Of a stretch of 26,092 nt of DNA, positions 1 to 7,914 are shown piece by piece. Every line of letters starts with the position of its first letter. Positions within the stretch are counted from its first letter, which is position 1. Where the stretch lies: positions 1-26,092 of IMG/VR virus record IMGVR_UViG_3300005522_000013, one strand, 5' to 3'. A program made the position numbers and the translations under genes. The notes beneath the pieces are model-generated. The model made no database searches, was not told the origin of the DNA, and saw nothing but the letters and a program-made list of their open reading frames with translations. The stretch is from a virus (Duplodnaviria; Caudoviricetes).

Positions 1-1
1 T

Positions 2-505
2 GATATGACCAAATCACAATTGGTCAAAGGCGCGTTTAGAATGTTAACACTTAAATTAGGTCAAGCAAATGTCCCGCTCATTGTCACAAACCATACATAT
101 GATGTCATCGGAGCTTATGTACCAACTAAAGAGATGGGAGGAGGTTCGGGACTCAAGTACGCGGCAAGTACAATCATTTATCTCGGAAAGAAAAAGGAGA
201 AAGATGGAAAAGAAGTCATTGGAAACATTATCAAAGCTAAGACGCACAAATCACGTTTAAGTAAAGAGAACAAGCAAGTTGAGATTCGTTTGTATTATGA
301 TGAGCGTGGTCTTGATCGATATTATGGTCTTCTTGAGTTAGGAGAACTTGGTGGACTCTGGAAGAACGTTGCTGGACGTTATGAGATGAATGGTAAGAAG
401 GTTTATGCTAAGGCCATATTGAAAGATCCAGAACAATACTTCACACCAGAGGTGATGGAGGAACTTGATAGAATTGCAAAGGAACAATTTAGTTATGGTG
501 CTTGA
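2..505 (+). CDS. uvsX: UvsX RecA-like recombinase, C-terminal part (begins upstream of window)
   Basis: RecA-like motifs LIVTNHTY and [17 protein letters not shown]; directly upstream of gp41 as in T4-like phages; frame open from position 2. Confidence 0.95.
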   Translation, partial: DMTKSQLVKGAFRMLTLKLGQANVPLIVTNHTYDVIGAYVPTKEMGGGSGLKYAASTIIYLGKKKEKDGKEVIGNIIKAKTHKSRLSKENKQVEIRLYYDERGLDRYYGLLELGELGGLWKNVAGRYEMNGKKVYAKAILKDPEQYFTPEVMEELDRIAKEQFSYGA

Positions 506-1878
506 TGGACAAGATTGAGTTTTTGATTTTAAAAAATTTAATACACAATGAAGAATATTTGAGAAAAGTTCTTCCTTTTCTCAAAGAGGAATATTTTGAG
601 GATAATAAATATAAAGTAATCTTTGATGAGATCTCTACATTCTCTTCAGAATATAATGAGGTTCCAACAAAAGAGATTCTAAAGATTGAAATTGAAAAGA
701 GACGAGATATTAATGAGGATTCTTATAAACAGATTTCTCATGTAGTTAGTTGTCTTGAAGATGATGTTGTAGAGTTTGATTGGTTAGTTAATACTACTGA
801 AAAGTGGTGTCGTGACAGGGCAATTTATATCGCCCTTGTCGAATCAATTCAAATTGCTGATGGTGGTGATAGTAAGAAGGCACCAGATGCCATTCCGTCT
901 ATTTTATCTGATGCTCTTGCTGTTAGTTTTGACAATCATGTAGGACATGATTATTTGGAGGATTATGAATCACGATATGAGTCTTACCACAAGAAGGAGG
1001 AAAGAATTGAATTTGATCTCGACTATTTTAATAAAATCACGAAAGGTGGGCTCCCTAACAAAACTCTTAATATCGCTCTTGCTGGTACGGGCGTCGGGAA
1101 AAGTCTATTCATGTGCCATGTGGCTAGCTCCGTCTTGCTCCAAGGGAGGAACGTTCTGTACATTACAATGGAAATGGCAGAAGAGCGCATTGCTGAACGA
1201 ATTGATGCAAACCTTCTAAACGTAAATATTCAGGAGATTGTTGACCTTCCAAAACAAATGTTTGAAACGAAGGTTACAAACTTGGCTAAAAAGACACAAG
1301 GTCAACTAATTATTAAGGAGTATCCTACGGCATCAGCACATTCTGGTCACTTTAAGTCACTTCTTAATGAACTTGCACTTAAGAAATCATTTAGACCTGA
1401 TATTATTTTCATTGATTACCTTAACATATGTGCTTCCGAAAGGTATCGTGGAAATAGTACTATCAATTCATATTCATATATTAAAGCAATTGCTGAAGAA
1501 CTTAGAGGACTTGCTGTTGAAGCAAATGTTCCTATCATATCTGCCACTCAGACTACTCGTTCTGGTTTTGGTAGTTCTGATGTTGAACTTACTGATACTA
1601 GTGAGTCCTTTGGTCTTCCTGCTACTGCTGATCTTATGTTTGCCCTTATTTCTACTGAAGAGTTGGATGGGCTTGGACAGATACTTGTAAAACAATTGAA
1701 GAACAGATATAACGATCTTTCTGTATATAAACGTTTTGTTGTTGGTATTGATAGAGCTAAGATGAGACTCTATGATTGTGAGCAGAGTGCTCAGACAGAT
1801 TTGGTTGATAATAAGGAGGAAGAGTATAATAATGTTGAGAAACAACCTAAAAAATCCTTTGATGGATTTAAGTTTTAA
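505..1878 (+). CDS. gp41: gp41 replicative DNA helicase (DnaB-like)
   Basis: Walker A ALAGTGVGKS, YITMEMAEE, IFIDYLNI, SATQTTR, KQLKNRY; ATG at 505 overlaps the uvsX TGA. Confidence 0.97.
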   Translation: MDKIEFLILKNLIHNEEYLRKVLPFLKEEYFEDNKYKVIFDEISTFSSEYNEVPTKEILKIEIEKRRDINEDSYKQISHVVSCLEDDVVEFDWLVNTTEKWCRDRAIYIALVESIQIADGGDSKKAPDAIPSILSDALAVSFDNHVGHDYLEDYESRYESYHKKEERIEFDLDYFNKITKGGLPNKTLNIALAGTGVGKSLFMCHVASSVLLQGRNVLYITMEMAEERIAERIDANLLNVNIQEIVDLPKQMFETKVTNLAKKTQGQLIIKEYPTASAHSGHFKSLLNELALKKSFRPDIIFIDYLNICASERYRGNSTINSYSYIKAIAEELRGLAVEANVPIISATQTTRSGFGSSDVELTDTSESFGLPATADLMFALISTEELDGLGQILVKQLKNRYNDLSVYKRFVVGIDRAKMRLYDCEQSAQTDLVDNKEEEYNNVEKQPKKSFDGFKF

Positions 1879-1888
1879 TATGTAAAGG

Positions 1889-1917
1889 TTGACAGCTTTT
1901 AGAGTAGGAACTATAAT
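1889..1917 (+). promoter_or_regulatory. sigma70-type early promoter upstream of mazG-purH
   Basis: TTGACA (1889-1894), 17 nt spacer, TATAAT (1912-1917): perfect consensus, intergenic. Confidence 0.85.
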
Positions 1918-1946
1918 TAAAAAGATAAAACACCTAAGGGTTATTG

Positions 1947-2351
1947 ATGAGTCAAGTTGATACTGAAAAATACGTTGAGTTTGTTAATGCTGTTACCAGC
2001 GATGAATCAAAAAGATATGATGCATTTGATAAGAGAGTTTACGAATTGGAATCTAATATTCCTGTTGAACGTCTCTTGACCGCAGCTCTTGGTATTTGTG
2101 CTGAGGGTGGTGAGTTTACTGAGGTAGTCAAGAAGATTATTTTTCAAGGTAAACCACTCAATGAAGAAAATATCTTTCATATGAAACGTGAGTTGGGAGA
2201 CATTATGTGGTATGTTGCTCAGGCATGTATGGCATTAGATACAAATTTCAATGAAATTATTGAAATGAATGTAGAAAAATTAAAGGCTAGATATCCTGGT
2301 GGAGAATTTGATGTAAAACATTCCGAAGTCCGAAAGGAAGGTGACGTATAA
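1947..2351 (+). CDS. mazG: MazG-like NTP pyrophosphohydrolase
   Basis: AEGGEFTEVVKK and RELGDIMWY motifs; usual position after gp41 in cyanomyoviruses. Confidence 0.93.
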   Translation: MSQVDTEKYVEFVNAVTSDESKRYDAFDKRVYELESNIPVERLLTAALGICAEGGEFTEVVKKIIFQGKPLNEENIFHMKRELGDIMWYVAQACMALDTNFNEIIEMNVEKLKARYPGGEFDVKHSEVRKEGDV

Positions 2352-3289
2352 TGCATGATTCTTCAAAACTATTGACTGGATTAAAATTTAAACAGTCTCT
2401 AAGATATGGTGAGAATCCACAACAGAATGCAACGTGGTGTGTGTACCCAGATCACGGTTTATCATCAGCAAATCAATTACAAGGTAAGGAATTAAGTTAT
2501 AATAATTTAATAGATTTAGACGCAGCAGTAGCAACAGTAAAGGAATTTCCTGATGAACCTGCTGTTGTTGTAATTAAACATACTAATCCATGTGGTGTTG
2601 CTATAGGAGAGACTATAGATTCTGCATTAACTAGAGCATTAGATTCTGATAGGGTTAGTTGTTTTGGTGGAATTATTGCTTTAAATAGAGAAGTAAATAA
2701 GGAGTGTGCTGATGAGTTAACAGGTGCTTTTTATGAATGTATCGTTGCTCCATCATTTAGTGATGAAGCGAAGAAAGTACTTTCTACTAAAAAGAACTTG
2801 AGATTACTTGAGTTGGATATTGATAATATGCAACTAAAACCATATAATGTTAGGAGTATTCTTGGTGGAGTATTGGTTCAAGAAAAGGACAATGAACCAG
2901 TTAATATTAATGATTGGAAAGTAGTTAGTGAAAGAGCTCCAACAGTTCAAGAATTGATTGACCTTACATTTGCTTGGAAGGTTTGTCGTCATGTTCGTTC
3001 TAACGCAATTTTAGTTGCTAGTAATGGAGCAACATTAGGTGTTGGAGCAGGACAAATGAATCGTGTGGGTTCAGCAAACATTGCATTGAATTCAGCAGAT
3101 GTTAATGGTGCTGCATTAGCAAGTGATGGGTTCTTCCCATTTGGTGACACTGTAAGATTAGCACATGAATATGGTATCAAGGCAGTCATTCAACCAGGTG
3201 GAAGTATCAAAGATCAAGAATCTATTGATGCATGTAATGAGTTAGATATGGCTATGATATTTACAGGTAAACGACATTTTTTACATTAA
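2351..3289 (+). CDS. purH: AICAR transformylase (C-terminal half of PurH as a stand-alone gene)
   Basis: LRYGENPQQ, GKELSYNN, KHTNPCG, GVGAGQMNR, ASDGFFPF, IQPGGSIKD, and the PurH C-terminus TGKRHFLH. Confidence 0.95.
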   Translation: MHDSSKLLTGLKFKQSLRYGENPQQNATWCVYPDHGLSSANQLQGKELSYNNLIDLDAAVATVKEFPDEPAVVVIKHTNPCGVAIGETIDSALTRALDSDRVSCFGGIIALNREVNKECADELTGAFYECIVAPSFSDEAKKVLSTKKNLRLLELDIDNMQLKPYNVRSILGGVLVQEKDNEPVNINDWKVVSERAPTVQELIDLTFAWKVCRHVRSNAILVASNGATLGVGAGQMNRVGSANIALNSADVNGAALASDGFFPFGDTVRLAHEYGIKAVIQPGGSIKDQESIDACNELDMAMIFTGKRHFLH

Positions 3290-3925
3290 ATGATTATGAG
3301 TTACGCATTATTAAGTGTTTCAAATAAAGATGGTATTGTAGATTTTGCAGAAGAATTAGTTCGTGCAGGATACACCCTTATTTCAAGTGGTGGAACCCAT
3401 GCAGTAATTCATGCAGAAGGTATACCCGTAATGAAGGTATCTGAATATACTGGTTCACCAGAAATTCTTGAAGGTAGAGTAAAGACACTACATCCAAAGA
3501 TTCATGGTGGTATTCTTGCAAAGCGTGGTCATCCTTTACATGATCTAGATCGTAATGCAAATGGTATTGGACTCATTGATATTGTTGCAGTTAATCTGTA
3601 TCCATTCAAAGAAACTGTTTCTAAACCAGATGTAACCTTTGAAGAAGCAATAGAAAATATTGATATTGGTGGTCCTAGTATGGTAAGATCAGCAGCAAAG
3701 AATCATAAAGATGTTGCTGTATTGACTAATCCTAATCAGTATGGAATTTTTCTTGATGTATTGAAGGGCAATACATCTTCTACTACAATGGACGAATTAA
3801 AAACTCAATTTGCATTAGAAGCATTCAAACATACTGCTGAGTATGATGCGACAATTAGCGCATGGATGCAGGAAAATAATATCTATGAAGAGACAAAAAG
3901 TTCATACGGTGGAACCCTTACCTAG
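3290..3925 (+). CDS. purH: IMP cyclohydrolase (N-terminal MGS-like half of PurH as a stand-alone gene); start may be ATG 3296
   Basis: [64 protein letters not shown]. Confidence 0.95.
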   Translation: MIMSYALLSVSNKDGIVDFAEELVRAGYTLISSGGTHAVIHAEGIPVMKVSEYTGSPEILEGRVKTLHPKIHGGILAKRGHPLHDLDRNANGIGLIDIVAVNLYPFKETVSKPDVTFEEAIENIDIGGPSMVRSAAKNHKDVAVLTNPNQYGIFLDVLKGNTSSTTMDELKTQFALEAFKHTAEYDATISAWMQENNIYEETKSSYGGTLT

Positions 3926-3974
3926 AACTTTCTCAACTTGAAAAACAAAACAACCTACAGAGTAAATTAAAAAA

Positions 3975-4169
3975 ATGATTAATATTGAAGTTGATGTGAG
4001 AACCTCTATTGCAATTAGACAAGTTCTATTTCGTGAACAGGATCTTTATACATATGATCCTACCTGTTGTCCTCAACGAATCGTTGATATTCGGAGTGTT
4101 ATCCAAAACCTTGACGAACAGATTGAAAGTGAGTTAAAATCTATTGAAGAAGAAAATACTGAAGAATGA
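3975..4169 (+). CDS. small hypothetical cyanophage protein
   Basis: 64-aa ATG ORF filling the gap; its stop overlaps the next start (ATGA). Confidence 0.7.
   Translation: MINIEVDVRTSIAIRQVLFREQDLYTYDPTCCPQRIVDIRSVIQNLDEQIESELKSIEEENTEE
4111..4140 (+). promoter_or_regulatory. possible sigma70-type promoter for the cmoA-like gene
   Basis: TTGACG (4111-4116), 18 nt spacer, TAAAAT (4135-4140), inside the upstream ORF. Confidence 0.4.
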
Positions 4170-4861
4170 CATACGACTTTTCTTTTGCACATTCACCAGA
4201 AGGTTTTGATAATCATATTGATAGTTCTATCCGCGGATATTCAAACCTTCTAGAAGATACTGTATCATTTTCCCGATACTTTGTGGAAGATGATACTAAA
4301 GTCGTTGATGTTGGTTGCTCAACTGGTAAACTCACTAAGATGATTATTGGTAACAATCCCAATCGTCAGAGGGCCCAATATGTTGGTGTAGAACTTGCTG
4401 GTAGTTTTTATGATGATCTGACAGAACGTTATACGGAAATTCGTAAGGATTATTGTTGGGCTCTTTTGGAATGGGTTCGGGGTAACATTACAAACTATGA
4501 GTTTAGGAACTGTTCTCTAGTAACTTCACTATTCACTCTACAGTTTATGCCAAAGACCACTAGACAAGAGACGATCAATAAGATCTATAATGGTATTAAT
4601 GAAGGTGGTGCATTTATCTTTGCAGAGAAGTTGATGTGTGAGAATGCATTCTTTCAAGAACTTCTTACTTTCAATCATTATGACTACAAGAGAAAGTCCT
4701 TCTCTTCTGAAGAGATCATGGATAAGGAGCAACAACTCCGTGATATGTTAAAACCTAATACATGGAAAGAACTTTATGGTATGATTATGTCAGCTGGTTT
4801 CAAAGACTGTCAGATCTTCTGGAGAAACCATCAGTTCGTCGGAGTCATCGCAATCAAATAA
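4166..4861 (+). CDS. cmoA: CmoA-like carboxy-S-adenosyl-L-methionine synthase (class I SAM-fold)
   Basis: Collinear CmoA motifs: FDNHIDSSIRGYSNL, VDVGCSTG, FTLQFM, GGAFIFAEK, HYDYKR...EI..K, AGF...F.G.IAIK. Confidence 0.85.
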   Translation: MTYDFSFAHSPEGFDNHIDSSIRGYSNLLEDTVSFSRYFVEDDTKVVDVGCSTGKLTKMIIGNNPNRQRAQYVGVELAGSFYDDLTERYTEIRKDYCWALLEWVRGNITNYEFRNCSLVTSLFTLQFMPKTTRQETINKIYNGINEGGAFIFAEKLMCENAFFQELLTFNHYDYKRKSFSSEEIMDKEQQLRDMLKPNTWKELYGMIMSAGFKDCQIFWRNHQFVGVIAIK

Positions 4862-4870
4862 ACTGGCACA

Positions 4871-4894
4871 AGGGACCTAGACAGGTCCCTTTTT
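4871..4894 (+). terminator. intrinsic terminator-like hairpin after cmoA
   Basis: AGGGACCT-AGAC-AGGTCCCT, perfect 8-bp stem followed by a T run. Confidence 0.7.
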
Positions 4895-4905
4895 AGTGTT
4901 ATATT
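4878..4905 (+). promoter_or_regulatory. sigma70-type promoter overlapping the hairpin
   Basis: TAGACA (4878-4883) and extended -10 TG-T-TATATT (4897-4905). Confidence 0.55.
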
Positions 4906-4997
4906 ATATTCATGGTTCTCAAGGGAACCTGCAGATCCTATCTGAATCCTTCGGGACATGGGGATCTGGTTTTCACGTAAACCCTATCCATTTAATT

Positions 4998-5945
4998 ATG
5001 ACTATTTTTACTTATCCCGGTGTCAAACTCCAAGGACAAGTCCCCCTTCTCCTTGACGCATTTGACCAAGACAGTTTGCAGAATGCATCCCGAGCCGGTG
5101 ATACTGATCCCCTGAATGTCAAAAAGATTGAACAATCTTTCCAGACCCGTGGGGTACTTGAAGAGTGTCCTCTTCCTACTGCAATCAAAGGACCCAATGG
5201 TCGTCCTCTTCTAGTCGATGGTGCACACCGTTGGACTGCTGCACTCAATCTTGGTTGGAAAGAACTGAAGTTCAACTACTATGTTCCTAGTGATCCTAGT
5301 ACGTTTGATTACGAACACTTCCTCATGTCCAAGGGACTTGAGAGTAATGATCATGTTCCTGCCAAAGCTATCTCTTCCGCAGACTTTGAACGTGCAGTAG
5401 CAGTATATGTGGATAACAATATCGACACTTTTGAAACTGAGGCTGACGTTTTGAATTTTGTAAGCCAATTCAGTATTTCTTCTATTGTCCAAAAGACAAA
5501 GAACAATATTGCAAAACGTGTCTTCCTTAAGAAGGTCAACACATCTCAAATCAAACAGTTTGATAAGAGAAATGTTGAAACTACGTTCCGTAATCTTCTT
5601 AAAGGTTGTGAAGTTGAAACTGTAGAGAACGTAAACTCTGGCACTCAGACTACTCGTTCGACTATGGATCCTGTGCTTCGTGCAATCAAACATTACGAAA
5701 GGCATGGAGAACCTATTCGTTATGTTGTCCTGACCAAGAACTGTGAATCCATGAATGATGTTGTTACAACTCGTTCAGAGATTGTCAAAACTTGGGAAAG
5801 GAACTATAATATGCTTCGTGCAGTCATTTACGAAGTGGACGATCAAGAATCTGGTTATCAAATCGAATACCCATTTGAGATCGTAGGTGCAATCCCACAG
5901 GTAAATGGTCAAGAGTCAGTTGATAAACTTGCCGATATCGTATGA
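4998..5945 (+). CDS. ParB/sulfiredoxin-like N-terminal domain protein with unknown C-terminal region
   Basis: ParB/Srx signature P...LLVDGAHRWTAA preceded by 'IEQSFQTRG'; ATG 4998 preferred over GTG 4896, which lies in the promoter. Confidence 0.7.
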   Translation: MTIFTYPGVKLQGQVPLLLDAFDQDSLQNASRAGDTDPLNVKKIEQSFQTRGVLEECPLPTAIKGPNGRPLLVDGAHRWTAALNLGWKELKFNYYVPSDPSTFDYEHFLMSKGLESNDHVPAKAISSADFERAVAVYVDNNIDTFETEADVLNFVSQFSISSIVQKTKNNIAKRVFLKKVNTSQIKQFDKRNVETTFRNLLKGCEVETVENVNSGTQTTRSTMDPVLRAIKHYERHGEPIRYVVLTKNCESMNDVVTTRSEIVKTWERNYNMLRAVIYEVDDQESGYQIEYPFEIVGAIPQVNGQESVDKLADIV

Positions 5946-6757
5946 TTGATAAACTTCTGGTAGATACTATCAGAAATGAGGTCCCCACGGATACCGTGGG
6001 GATTTTGTTATCTGGAGGTGTAGACAGTCTGAGTCTGGGTTTTGCTGCCCATCGTCTTGGTAAAAAAATTACTGCATATACTTTTCATCTGGAGGGTGAC
6101 AAGTCTTATGATGCAAACAAAGCTGAAGAAGTTAGTAAAGAATTTGGATGGGAATGTGAGACAGTTGTTGTTCCCACCACAAATCTTAGAGAGGACTTTC
6201 TTCGTCTTGTAAAAAATTATGATTGTAGAAAGAAGACTCACTTTGAGTGTACTTTTCCTTTCCTCTACGTTTTTCCCCACATCAAAGAATCATATCTCCT
6301 CAGTGGTATTGGTGCCGATGGATACTATGGTGTGAGTAAGAAAGCAATCCTTCACTTCAAAGAACCAAAAGAGAAGTTTGATCAATTCAGACGTAACTAT
6401 TTCATGCCACATAATGTGACTGGATTCCGACAAATCGAACAGTTGGCTAATGAGAAAGGTGTTAGACTTGTACATCCCTACATCTATCATGATGAAGTAA
6501 GAGATTATTTCTTCAAGTATGATTGGTTTGAATTGAATCAACCCAAACAGAAACAGGTGGTGAGAGATGCATTTAAAGAAGAATTTGATAGAGTCACCAG
6601 TGTCAAAGATCATATCAATCTTCAACTTGGTTCTAACATTGATCACTTGTTTGAAAAATTACTAGATGATGAGGTGCTAAATAATCGTAAAAGGAAGAGA
6701 GTCATGGACTTGGCTTCCGACTACGCATCTACTGGACAATCGATACTACCCCTATGA
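5942..6757 (+). CDS. asparagine-synthetase-like ATP-dependent amide ligase lacking a glutaminase domain (CmoY-like)
   Basis: PP-loop LLSGGVDS, LLSGIGADGYYG, HPY, KQVVRDAF; only 271 aa with no N-terminal Ntn domain; ATGA overlaps at both ends. Confidence 0.85.
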   Translation: MIDKLLVDTIRNEVPTDTVGILLSGGVDSLSLGFAAHRLGKKITAYTFHLEGDKSYDANKAEEVSKEFGWECETVVVPTTNLREDFLRLVKNYDCRKKTHFECTFPFLYVFPHIKESYLLSGIGADGYYGVSKKAILHFKEPKEKFDQFRRNYFMPHNVTGFRQIEQLANEKGVRLVHPYIYHDEVRDYFFKYDWFELNQPKQKQVVRDAFKEEFDRVTSVKDHINLQLGSNIDHLFEKLLDDEVLNNRKRKRVMDLASDYASTGQSILPL

Positions 6758-7872
6758 AACTTCCCTACAAACTACAAGATGTCTATGACGGTGAGGCACA
6801 AGCCAAGTTCACTGTAATCTCTACATTCGCTGGTGGAGGTGGCTCCTCCACTGGATATCGTCTTGCTGGTGGTAAGATTCTGTGTATTAATGAGTTCGTT
6901 GAAGAAGCAAGGAACACATACTCAGAGAACTATCCTTCAACAAAGATTATCCCTGATGATATTAAACAACTGACAGGTAAAGACTTCCTGGAAGCCACTG
7001 GTCTCAAACAAGGAGAACTGGATATCCTTGATGGTTCACCACCTTGTTCTGCATTCTCTGTTGCAGGTTCTATGTGTCGTGGTGAGGGTTCTAAACACTC
7101 TGATGGGTGGGGTAAGACTAAGACTTATTCAGATGGTAAGAAGGTAGAGAATATTGAAGACTTGTTCTTTGAATATATTCGTGTTGCCAATGAAATCAGA
7201 CCCAAGGTTATCGTTGCTGAGAATGTCAAGGGTCTGACTATTGGTGAGGCTAAGACTTATTATGCTATGATTACCAATGCCTTTGAGGAGATTGGTTACC
7301 TTGTCACATCAAAAGTGATGAAGTCATCTCATTATGGTGTTGGTCAGGCAAGAGAAAGACTCATCTTCATTGCAGTTCGTGAAGATATTGCTGACATGGT
7401 AGGAATCAATATACTGACTGTATCCTCTCTTTTTCCACCTACATTATCCAAAGATACTACGATTCGTGATATTATTGATGGTGTTGAGAATGATCCTGAG
7501 AACATCAAAGGTCTCACAGAACACATGTTGAAGAGTGGTATCTATAAGAAAGTTGTCTCTAAGATGCCTAAGGATCCTAAAAAGATTCTTTCTGGTATGA
7601 ATTATCATGAGAAGGGTCATTGTTTTAATACTAAGAGGGCATCATTCTATAAACCATCTCCCACACTAACTGCAAGTGGTGGTTTAATTCATTGGAACGA
7701 GGATAGAGTATTGTCTGTTCCAGAACTGAAACGTATTCAATCTCTTCCTGATGACTTTGTTTTGACTGGTTCTCATTCTCAACAGACAGAAAGAGTGGGT
7801 AGAATGGTTCCGCCTTTGATGATGAAAGCAATCGCAGAAAACATCTATAAAGAAGTTCTTTCTAAAGTCTAA
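6754..7872 (+). CDS. C5-cytosine DNA methyltransferase family protein, probable carboxymethyltransferase (CmoX-like)
   Basis: Motif I FAGGGG, IV GSPPC, VI ENV, VIII QARER, IX R.LS..E..RIQSLP, motif X GRMV instead of GN(A/S)V. Confidence 0.9.
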   Translation: MKLPYKLQDVYDGEAQAKFTVISTFAGGGGSSTGYRLAGGKILCINEFVEEARNTYSENYPSTKIIPDDIKQLTGKDFLEATGLKQGELDILDGSPPCSAFSVAGSMCRGEGSKHSDGWGKTKTYSDGKKVENIEDLFFEYIRVANEIRPKVIVAENVKGLTIGEAKTYYAMITNAFEEIGYLVTSKVMKSSHYGVGQARERLIFIAVREDIADMVGINILTVSSLFPPTLSKDTTIRDIIDGVENDPENIKGLTEHMLKSGIYKKVVSKMPKDPKKILSGMNYHEKGHCFNTKRASFYKPSPTLTASGGLIHWNEDRVLSVPELKRIQSLPDDFVLTGSHSQQTERVGRMVPPLMMKAIAENIYKEVLSKV

Positions 7873-7875
7873 TAT

Positions 7876-7883
7876 CATAAATA
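7876..7883 (+). promoter_or_regulatory. T4-type late promoter
   Basis: CATAAATA, intergenic, about 30 nt upstream of ATG 7915. Confidence 0.65.
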
Positions 7884-7914
7884 ATGTTAATAAGAGTTGT
7901 TAGAATTAAAAACC

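Noticed and set aside
4896-4997. GTG-start N-terminal extension of the ParB-like ORF
   Set aside because: It overlaps the predicted -10 box and structured leader; ATG 4998 is more plausible.
5942-6757. Ordinary asparagine synthetase AsnB or QueC
   Set aside because: No glutaminase domain and no QueC zinc-binding Cys cluster; coupling to a DNA MTase favours a DNA-modifying ligase.
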